A stretch of DNA of 63,935 nt, the filler included, from an uncultured Methanoregulaceae archaeon (GTDB taxonomy: Archaea; Halobacteriota; Methanomicrobia; Methanomicrobiales; Methanospirillaceae), in NCBI GenBank assembly GCA_964530035.1. It is 3 parts of 3 records of this genome, joined end to end, with 100 filler letters (N's around TTAATTAATTAA, not from the genome) between each part and the next. Parts side by side here need not be neighbours in the genome. Positions count along the whole stretch, not along the records: positions 28,651 to 54,703 come from CAZGXZ010000009.1; 2 more parts are not named here. One strand, given 5' to 3'. How positions within the stretch are numbered: position 1 is the first letter of the stretch; each line of letters opens with the position of its first letter. Below are positions 39,594 through 47,703 of this stretch, piece by piece. The notes under the pieces are model-generated. The model worked only from the letters and a program-made list of their open reading frames with translations. It did not search any database and was not told where the DNA came from. Position numbers and translations under genes: made by a program.

Positions 39594-40307
39594 ATGGGTG
39601 GTATGTTTCCGTTTTTCAAAAAAAAGGCCGAAACACCTGGCGGGACAGCTCCCACTCCCGGGGAGACGGAGCAAGGCCATGAAAAGGAGGGGGCGGGAAC
39701 GGCGAAGACCCATCCAGAGCCTGCAAAACGGATCTATCCCCACCTCCCGACCGTGAAGGGGGCCGGGGTCCAGCGCGGCTGCCTTTTTTTTACCTGCCCG
39801 GGGTGCGGGGAACTGAACCGGCTTTCAGTGGACGTCGTCCACCCTGTCCTTGGCGTCAGGGTGGTATGCAGCAGTTGTGGCACGCTTGTGCATATTTCTG
39901 GGTTCGATCCGTTTTCCATGCGGGCGTCAGAAATCATGATCCACAGCGGGGTCCCGGTACGGCTCATCGAGTTCGACGACTGGTACAACCACCACCCCGT
40001 AACCGAATCACTCTGTCAGCGGCACAAGCAGGAGAGCCATATCGAGTACGGACTGTGGGTATTCTGCATACGGTGCCACCACGAATTTTCCGCGGCGATG
40101 CTCATGAACATCCCCCCGGTATGGGACCCCCGCATCATTCAGCGTTCAGGAATGGACAAGTCCCAGATAAAGGAGCTGGCGGCTATCAAGAGCGGCAGGT
40201 GCCCGGCATGCGGCAACGGCATTGTCATGGTGATCATAACCGACATACCTGACCGGGTCATCCACATGATCGAGGACCAGGAGTACAGCTGGAGCAGCGA
40301 GGACTAA
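39594..40307 (+). CDS. Hypothetical protein with four CxxC pairs
   Basis: CPGC, CSSC, CIRC, CPAC; GGAGG RBS. Confidence 0.7.
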   Translation: MGGMFPFFKKKAETPGGTAPTPGETEQGHEKEGAGTAKTHPEPAKRIYPHLPTVKGAGVQRGCLFFTCPGCGELNRLSVDVVHPVLGVRVVCSSCGTLVHISGFDPFSMRASEIMIHSGVPVRLIEFDDWYNHHPVTESLCQRHKQESHIEYGLWVFCIRCHHEFSAAMLMNIPPVWDPRIIQRSGMDKSQIKELAAIKSGRCPACGNGIVMVIITDIPDRVIHMIEDQEYSWSSED

Positions 40308-40802
40308 TCGGTCCGATAGCTACCCCGGGTTCAGGGCTCCGCACGTTTCCCTATTCCCGTATTGACGCGTTTTTGGACCCGGATAGCAGGACCAAATTGT
40401 TAAAATTGCTAATATAACTTAATTTATTATTGGCCCGGTCGACTGATACCATGGTGAGACCCGGTTTCCGGTCATCCTGAGAACCCTTCTCCCATCCGGC
40501 CAGGATCCCGATGGCCTCACCGACTTCGTCCATGGGGAGAGCAGCATTCCATATCCTGGCGGCACGTACCCCTCATGCAGAGAATGCCTGTTCAATTTCG
40601 CTCTGTTGTCATGCCCTCCACCGTAGTAGCTGGAAATCCCGGGGCAGGGGTTATTAAGGGGGTAACGCCCTCGTCAACCGTCTTTGCCAATGCGTTCTCC
40701 CATACTCCGAAAACCCTATCCCGGATGCAGGCCAACCGGTTACCTTACGGTGGTTCACCTGTACCTGTCATCCGGGCAGGGCCGTGAAACCTGTGAGAAC
40801 CC

Positions 40803-41765
40803 GTGAAACCAGGCGCTCCTCCCAGTAACGAAGATCTCAACCGTCTGAAGCAGCAGACCGCCCGTCTTTCCGTCTTTTCGAATACCGCCCTCGTGGTCCT
40901 GAAATTCATGGTCGGGTTTGCGTCCGGGTCTGTAAGCATCATTTCCGAGGCCATCCACTCCTCGATGGACCTCGTTGCAGCGGTCATCGCGTTTTTTTCC
41001 GTCAGGAAATCGTCCGAACCTCCGGATGACGTCCATGCCTTCGGGCATGGGAAGTTCGAGGTCATTTCCGGGCTGGTCGAAGCGCTCCTCATCTTTGCAG
41101 CGGCAATCCTGATCATCCGCGAGGCACTGGAGAAGCTTGCCGGCCACGGGAGCGAGGAGATGCAGGGCCAGCTCCTCATGCTCGGGATCCTTGTCATGGG
41201 AATTTCTGCCGTCGTCAACTGGCTCGTCTCCGCGAGGCTGATGAAGGTTGCACACCAGGCCCAGTCCATCGCCCTGGAATCGGATGCCTGGCACCTAAGG
41301 ACCGATGTCTATACCTCGCTCGGTGTTTTCATCGGCCTGGTCCTCATCAGGATTACCGGGCTTACGTTCCTGGACCCGCTCTTTGCGATAGCGGTGGCGG
41401 TCATCATCATGAAGGCCGCATTCGACCTGACGAAGCGGGCATACTCCGACCTGATCGATTCGCGGCTGACGGATGATGAAGAAGACCGGATCCGTCACAT
41501 CATCTGCGAGCACGAGGCTGAATACATCAATTTCCACAGCCTGCGGACGCGGAGGGCCGGCCCTGACGTATTCATAGAGTTCCACCTCTGCTTCCCGGGA
41601 AAAGTCAGCGTCGAACAGTCCCATGACTTCACCGATCACCTGGAAGCGGACCTGAAACTGGAATTTCCGCGGGCAAGCGTGACGATCCATGTCGAGCCGT
41701 GCGACTCGGCATGTGAGACCTGCACCTCTTTCTGTCATATCCGGACCGGAAAGGACACTGGTTGA
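40803..41765 (+). CDS. Cation diffusion facilitator (FieF-like)
   Basis: SEAIHSSMD, HAFGHGKFE, DAWHLRTD, IHVEP. Confidence 0.95.
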   Translation: MKPGAPPSNEDLNRLKQQTARLSVFSNTALVVLKFMVGFASGSVSIISEAIHSSMDLVAAVIAFFSVRKSSEPPDDVHAFGHGKFEVISGLVEALLIFAAAILIIREALEKLAGHGSEEMQGQLLMLGILVMGISAVVNWLVSARLMKVAHQAQSIALESDAWHLRTDVYTSLGVFIGLVLIRITGLTFLDPLFAIAVAVIIMKAAFDLTKRAYSDLIDSRLTDDEEDRIRHIICEHEAEYINFHSLRTRRAGPDVFIEFHLCFPGKVSVEQSHDFTDHLEADLKLEFPRASVTIHVEPCDSACETCTSFCHIRTGKDTG

Positions 41766-42356
41766 AGAAGTGAATATGAAGAAAAGGAAGCAGAGGAAAT
41801 GGGTCAGGTTCGAGCGAGCACATTCCATGTCACTCTGGCAGGGGGGTTGGAAACAGGTGACCCCCGATGGCCAGGTGAAATGGCTTGTCGCGTTCATGGA
41901 TGATTCATCGCGTCTTGTCACATGTCATGGTTTGTTTGATTCACCGACAACGGAAAATACAATTCTGGTGCTCGAAATGGGGTTCGCACAGTATGGGATA
42001 CCTCGTGAGATCCTTACTGATCATGGAACCCAGTTTGTATCCGCTCGGGATCGGAAAAATGCTCACCATTCCTTCAAAGGATTCCTTGATAAACACGGTA
42101 TCAAGCACATCGTAGCACGAGTAAAACATCCCCGGACGAATGGTAAGATCGAACGGTTCTTCGGTGAAGTTGAACGCCGAATTCCAAAATTCAGGACGGT
42201 AGACAAAATAGTGATCTGGCACAATGAGGTTAAACCTCACTCAAGCTTGGATTATGATGAACCCTGCAACGCATTCTGGTACCGCCTCCCACCCGAGCGG
42301 GTCCTTGGGTATGTTAACGGGTGGTCCTATGTGTAAACATAATTCAGGATACCACA
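41757..42356 (+). mobile_element. 5'-truncated IS481-family element remnant
   Basis: RFERAHSMSLWQG.WK, DDSSR, ILTDHGTQF, NGKIERFF; likely right end ...ATTCAGGATACCACA; lower GC. Confidence 0.82.
41776..42336 (+). pseudogene. Transposase (integrase core) fragment
   Basis: No N-terminal HTH; first catalytic Asp reads Gly (GGT 41845-41847). Confidence 0.75.
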
Positions 42357-42413
42357 GTGAAGAAAGCCGATGCAAAAGATTAAACCACGACTCCCGCATA
42401 GGTCTGATTCAGG

Positions 42414-42752
42414 ATGCCTATGTTCTGTCCTTCTTGTGGATCGGAAAATACTGAATCGGCCCAGTTTTGCGAGATATGTGGAAAACCTATCGTACCCGAT
42501 TCAGGTGGGCCGGTTACGGCCCCCCCGCCGGTGTCCCAGGGGGAATGGGGGACGTATGCCGGAGTGGGTATCGTGGTGGCAGTGGTCGGAATCCTGTTCA
42601 TCCCGATAATTCTTTGCCCTATAGCCATCATCCTCGGGTATATCGCGACAAAACGGGGGGAGCGGAACGGGAAGCTGGCCATGATCGCCGGTGCCGTCTG
42701 CCTGGTTGTCGGGATCCTCCTCTCACTCATGTTCCTTCCCATGGGGTTCTGA
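42414..42752 (+). CDS. Zinc-ribbon membrane protein
   Basis: FCPSCG...FCEICG followed by TM helices. Confidence 0.8.
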   Translation: MPMFCPSCGSENTESAQFCEICGKPIVPDSGGPVTAPPPVSQGEWGTYAGVGIVVAVVGILFIPIILCPIAIILGYIATKRGERNGKLAMIAGAVCLVVGILLSLMFLPMGF

Positions 42753-42849
42753 CCTGGATGTGTGCTGAAACGGTAACCCACGGACACTGCGGGGAGGAAA
42801 GGTTGAAAAATTCCCGTGGAATTTACAGGGGCCGGCACCCGGGGGGAGC

Positions 42850-43041
42850 ATGAACCGGATCTGGGGCCAGTGCCTGGCTGCCGTCGCCCTGGGGGTAGTC
42901 CTGTTTCTTGTTTCCGGCTATCTCCCCCCCTTTGAATGGGCTCTTTCCGCCCTTGGCGTCATCCTGATCATTGCGGGAATCATTGCAGTGGTGCTGGCAT
43001 TCATCACCGGATGGATCGGCAGGGGCGAGAACGCACCATGA
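42850..43041 (+). CDS. Small two-TM membrane protein
   Basis: GGAG RBS; ATGA overlap with the next gene. Confidence 0.65.
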   Translation: MNRIWGQCLAAVALGVVLFLVSGYLPPFEWALSALGVILIIAGIIAVVLAFITGWIGRGENAP

Positions 43042-43493
43042 GCCCGGGGAAATTTTTTTGTGGGCATTGCGGGGAGCCACTCGATCCTGGTAACCGTTTC
43101 TGCGAGCAGTGCGGAAGCCCGGCCGTCACACCTGGTGTCCCGGAGGAGCCACTGCTGGCCGGGAATGAGGGCGATGCCGAGCTGCTCCTCGGGTATGCCA
43201 TGGACCTTGACACGGCCCTCCTGTACGAGGAGGCAGCCATGGCCTACAGCCGCGTCCTTGCCATGGACCCCGTACGTATCGAGGCCCTGTTCAACCGGGG
43301 ACTTGATTACTTCTACCTTTCCCGGTACGAGGAGGCCCTGCCCGATTTCGAAACATACCTCGGCCTGGTCCCGGACGATGCCTTCGCCCTCAAGTACCTT
43401 GCCATATCCTGCATGGAGACGGGCCAGTTGGAAAAAGGCAGGGGTCTCATGGAAAGGGCCCGGTCCATCGACCCCATGATCGATGAGAAGTAA
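43038..43493 (+). CDS. Zinc ribbon plus TPR protein
   Basis: FCGHCG...FCEQCG; YEEAA..YSRVLAMDP...ALFNRG. Confidence 0.85.
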   Translation: MSPGKFFCGHCGEPLDPGNRFCEQCGSPAVTPGVPEEPLLAGNEGDAELLLGYAMDLDTALLYEEAAMAYSRVLAMDPVRIEALFNRGLDYFYLSRYEEALPDFETYLGLVPDDAFALKYLAISCMETGQLEKGRGLMERARSIDPMIDEK

Positions 43494-43545
43494 AGAGGAC
43501 CCGAACCGTCCCACAGGCTTTCCTTTTTTTAGGCCCGGTTAAAAT

Positions 43546-43640
43546 GCAGATGAATGGGAGTTCGCACCCTGGCCATAAAGGTCCCCATCCAAAATTTCCT
43601 TATTAAAAGGCTATTTTTAAAATTCTCTGAGGAAATCTCA
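43546..43640 (+). repeat. Dispersed non-coding repeat, partial copy C
   Basis: GCAGATGAA...CATCCAAAATTTCCTTATTAAAAGGC matches copies A and B. Confidence 0.7.
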
Positions 43641-43945
43641 ATTTTTAACAAATACTTCTTCTGTGCCTGACATACTTGTCAGGAAACCTGCATGATTGAA
43701 GAAACGGGATCTGAAATATTTAGAGACCTATTACAATGTATCCAGACCCTGCTGATTCCATAGCATCACCATCCCCAATGTCCCATAACCACTAATCCTT
43801 TGTGGAGGCTTCGCCTCCATACCCCCGAAACGATACCCCGCCGCCCCCGGTGGGCGCCCCGGCGGCGGTCTCACGGCCCTTCATGAAGATTTGGATCTGA
43901 AAAAATCGCTGAAGACTTAAAACCACAAAACAATAAATCACGAAC

Positions 43946-43955
43946 NNNNNNNNNN
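43946..43955. other. Scaffold gap (10 N) inside the repeat region
   Basis: N run; the flanking sequence is homopolymer-rich and likely low quality. Confidence 0.95.
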
Positions 43956-44025
43956 AAAAACACACTAAACCCCAACCACCCCTCATACCTAAACCCAAAC
44001 CGGCGCCCCACGGTTTTTTTTGGCT

Positions 44026-44298
44026 GGGTTTTGGGGGGGGCGGCCCCCCCCCGGTTCAAATCTCTCTCATCCTCTGGCTGTTTAAGGTCAAAACTAAAAA
44101 ATCGGCTTTGGAAAACGCAGATGAACGGGATTTTACACCCGGGCCGTGAAAATCCCCCATTGAAAATCTCCTTATTATGAGGCTATTATTAGCATTTCCC
44201 TACCAAATCCCATAATCACAATTACCGCTGATGGAGATCGCTCATAATGGGGTGAAAAAAAATAGCATATGTAGCGGATTTTCACAGATCCATTTTTT
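44026..44298 (+). repeat. Dispersed non-coding repeat, copy B
   Basis: Colinear with 28670-28940. Confidence 0.8.
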
Positions 44299-44417
44299 GC
44301 CCATTTTTTGTAGACTTTTACCGTATTTTTCCCAACTCCCTCCGGGGTTTTCATGGTGACCGCAGGGGTTTTTCAGATCTGCCACAGGTTTTTGGTCAGG
44401 GAAGGTCACTTTGATTC

Positions 44418-45560
44418 ATGGACCGGTTCTGCGCATATTGCGGAGATGAGATCACCCCGGGAAACCGGTTTTGTGAAGGGTGTGGACACCCCATCGGACC
44501 AGCCCCCGGAGAACAGGGCGTTGCCGGGTGTCAGGAATCCAGCGAAACCCATTCATCAGACGGGACAGGGGACACCCCGCTGGCGGTCATCCCCTTCGCG
44601 TACACGGCAGAGGGCCTCTTTCGGACAGATGAGTGCACGCTCGTGGTATACCGCGACTGTTTCGTGGTCGCCTTCGTCCCCGGACCGCGAAAAAAAGAGA
44701 TGAGCGATGCCATGACCGGGGTCATGGCAAAACTCGCGGAAAAGGAATTCGAAGGGAAGACGCTCCGGGACCTCGTGGCCGGTGCCGGCTTTTCGCTCCT
44801 GAAAATCGCGTGGAGCGCCCCGGATTTTTACACGGGCGATGCCGCGAGGGAGAGGCAGCTCCTTGCCTCGGTCACGGTGGACGACCGGCCCTGGGAGCGT
44901 TATTCGTCCATGGGGTCTGGAGAGGTCCTTGCAGAGGACCCGCGGAATATCGTGGTATACAGGGACCGGGTCGGGGTAGTCAGGGGTGAGAGCGACCTTT
45001 CGACCGATACCGACCAGATCATCATCCTGCACCAGGACGGGCAGGTAACCCTGTATTTCCGGCTGGGAACCTTTTTTCCTGCAAGAACCGCTCTCTTCTT
45101 CATGCTTCATCCGGGAGGCGTGCCAGAAACGGCTCTTGGCGTTATCGCGTCGGGAAGCGAACCCGAGGTGGAGGGGTTCGGGTTCCAGTACAGCTGGAAC
45201 CTTGTTGTGACCGACCAGCGGGTCATTTTCTCCAGCATCGATGAAGCGCTCGCAGAACGGATGGCCTCCTGGGAGGAAGGGACTGCCGGCCGGGCAGGTG
45301 GAAGCGGTACAACCGGTGCTCCCTGGGACGAGCTGCTGACCATGAGCCCTGAAACGCTCCTTGAGCCCGGGGAGAACTTTTTCCTGCCCTTGTCTGCCAT
45401 ATCCTCGGTCGATATCGTGGAGGGAGGACCCGGGCAGGCGGACGAGGTTTGTTTTTTCCTTCCGGGGGCACCCTACAGCCTGGTCTTTCCCGGAGGTGCA
45501 GGAGCATATGCACGGGCCGTGCTCTCACAGGTCCTGCCTGACAGAATAGGATCCGGGTAG
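44418..45560 (+). CDS. Zinc ribbon protein with two PH-like repeats
   Basis: RFCAYCG...RFCEGCG; duplicated LVV...PW....M motif. Confidence 0.75.
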   Translation: MDRFCAYCGDEITPGNRFCEGCGHPIGPAPGEQGVAGCQESSETHSSDGTGDTPLAVIPFAYTAEGLFRTDECTLVVYRDCFVVAFVPGPRKKEMSDAMTGVMAKLAEKEFEGKTLRDLVAGAGFSLLKIAWSAPDFYTGDAARERQLLASVTVDDRPWERYSSMGSGEVLAEDPRNIVVYRDRVGVVRGESDLSTDTDQIIILHQDGQVTLYFRLGTFFPARTALFFMLHPGGVPETALGVIASGSEPEVEGFGFQYSWNLVVTDQRVIFSSIDEALAERMASWEEGTAGRAGGSGTTGAPWDELLTMSPETLLEPGENFFLPLSAISSVDIVEGGPGQADEVCFFLPGAPYSLVFPGGAGAYARAVLSQVLPDRIGSG

Positions 45561-45585
45561 GGGAAGGGACCCCCGAAATCCCCGG

Positions 45586-46755
45586 TCAGGGTGATTCGCG
45601 CTTTTTTCCGCAGTTCTGGCAGAACTGGGCATCCGCAGCAAAGGGGGTGCCACAGGCCGGGCATGCCGGAACCGCGGCAGGGGCTGGAGCGGGGGCCGTA
45701 CCCTGTTCCTGGGGAGCCCCGCAGTGCGGACAGAACTTCTTTCCCGGCTGGACCTCTGCCTTGCAGGCGGGGCATAGACCGGCCTGTGTCACCGGGGTGT
45801 CCACTTCCTGGGGTGCCCCGCAGTTATGGCAGAACTTCTTCCCTGGTTTGAGCTCCGTATTGCATTTCGGGCAGACGGGGTTCCGGATAGCATCACTCAT
45901 GGTCGCGGGGTCGAAGGTCTGGCGGGAGAGGACCCGCTCGTACCCGCCCTCATCGATCCACTTCATGAGCTCGGCTGCCCTCATCACAGTCCAGGGATGG
46001 GTCATTCCCTGCCAGGGGTTCAGTTCGGTGAACAGGCGGAACAGCTTGTTGAGCGTGTTGTAGTCATAGTCTTTAAACTCCCGGGCCTGGGCCAGGAAGG
46101 AATCGACCGGTGGGTTGTCCATGTATTTTTCCGGAAGACCGGCGAGTTTCATGTTCACGGACGTGGCGACCCTGATGTCCTGGCAGGTGAGGAGGCCTGC
46201 CCGGTCCGAGGTGAACTCTGCCATGCGGGACCAGTACAGGAGCGGGACCTGGACGGCGGTCGTGATGATGTCACCGATCCCCAGGGTAAGGTTGCCGACA
46301 AATCCCCCGAACATCGTGATGAGGTTCGCGGTCTGCTGGTAGAGCATGTGCTTGCTCTTGATATGGCCCATTTCATGCCCGATCAGGTAGACTAGCTCGT
46401 CGTCGTTCATGAGGTCGACTGACTTCGTCGTGATGACAATGATCGGGTTCTCGACCCCGATGGTAAAGGCGTTCGGATAGGGGTTCTGCATCAGGTAGAG
46501 TTCGATGTCCCCCGGGACGTTCAGGATTGCCTTGACCTCCTTGAACAACGCGTAGAGGTTTCCAAAATTGTTCTCGGTCACCTGGATGCAGCTCCCGGTG
46601 TACTGGACCCGGAGGAAGTTCTCTCCCACCTTCTCCCATAACTTCTGGAGGATGGTGTCCAGTGCAGGTGTTTTTTCGAGTGCCTCGAGCGCCTTGTGGT
46701 CGAACGGGTGTTCGTACTCATCGTCATGAAGGTTCTTGAGTTTCTGCCTGGCCAT
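45586..46755 (-). CDS. M48 (HtpX-like) zinc metallopeptidase with C-terminal zinc ribbons
   Basis: PNAF, IGHEMGH (HExxH), AEFTSDRAG, THP; three CxxC...FCxxCG ribbons. Confidence 0.9.
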   Translation of the reverse strand: MARQKLKNLHDDEYEHPFDHKALEALEKTPALDTILQKLWEKVGENFLRVQYTGSCIQVTENNFGNLYALFKEVKAILNVPGDIELYLMQNPYPNAFTIGVENPIIVITTKSVDLMNDDELVYLIGHEMGHIKSKHMLYQQTANLITMFGGFVGNLTLGIGDIITTAVQVPLLYWSRMAEFTSDRAGLLTCQDIRVATSVNMKLAGLPEKYMDNPPVDSFLAQAREFKDYDYNTLNKLFRLFTELNPWQGMTHPWTVMRAAELMKWIDEGGYERVLSRQTFDPATMSDAIRNPVCPKCNTELKPGKKFCHNCGAPQEVDTPVTQAGLCPACKAEVQPGKKFCPHCGAPQEQGTAPAPAPAAVPACPACGTPFAADAQFCQNCGKKRESP

Positions 46756-46998
46756 TTCAGACCACCATGAAAAAATGAATGCTTCTGAAAGATGTTTAAT
46801 GTTGTTGAGTCATCGCGCCCGGTATTGGTATCATGCGGGGTGTACTCCTATGAAATGGTTGTTTTCAGTGCATGGTCACCAAAATCCTGCATGCCGGCGT
46901 ATCCGGGACGCTGGCGGACATGAGATTATCACTCCACGAGGACTGCACAGGTCTGCACATCCCGATTTTTCAAACCCGTGGTAAAAACGGCTCGCTGT

Positions 46999-47550
46999 TC
47001 AGAGGGGTATGAACAGCAGGAGGATTGCAATCGCAAAGGGGACCACGAGGTTGTCGTCAACCGGTGACACGAGTTCGACGATCCCTCCCACCAACGCTGC
47101 GGTGATTGCCGACACCGGGGGAAAAAGCGGCAGCAGGACGACAATTGCCGCGACAACCCCCCCGGCAAATCCCTCCCAGGTCTTCTTGTTCCATATCCTG
47201 TGTTTTCCTATTGCAAGGCCGACAATGGTCGCCATGCCGTCGAGGACCGCAAGGACGAGGATTGAGGCGGCGGCTATCAGGGTCGGAAAGAGGATCACGA
47301 GGACCAGTGCGGAAAAAACAAAGAAAAACGCGCCTTTTCCCGGGATTTCCTCATTTCTCTCGAGGGTGGCAAGGACCTCGCGGATGACCGGTATGGAGTA
47401 CCCTTTCAGGCACAGGTCGATGATGGCAAGGCCGGCAACGAGTGAAACGGCGATGACAAAAAGAGCGATGTCACGCGGAAGGATCCATATGAGGGCGGCG
47501 ATGCCGACACCGAAAAGGATGTGGGAAGCCTTTCGTGCATATTCATTCAT
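46999..47550 (-). CDS. Polyprenol/diacylglycerol kinase (SEC59/DGK1-like, CTP-dependent)
   Basis: RKASH, DGMATIVG, KKTWEG, DDNLVVP. Confidence 0.88.
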   Translation of the reverse strand: MNEYARKASHILFGVGIAALIWILPRDIALFVIAVSLVAGLAIIDLCLKGYSIPVIREVLATLERNEEIPGKGAFFFVFSALVLVILFPTLIAAASILVLAVLDGMATIVGLAIGKHRIWNKKTWEGFAGGVVAAIVVLLPLFPPVSAITAALVGGIVELVSPVDDNLVVPFAIAILLLFIPL

Positions 47551-47703
47551 CCGGAAACGTCCTCTCAGGGGTAGTACTACGCCGGTATGCCGGATAATGG
47601 TTCGTTCCGGGATTCAGGAAGGAACGTCCGGACGGGGGGGCCATGAAGGCAGCAGACGGAACACCGGGTGGAAACACCCTGCCGGGCGCAAACACGGTTT
47701 TTT

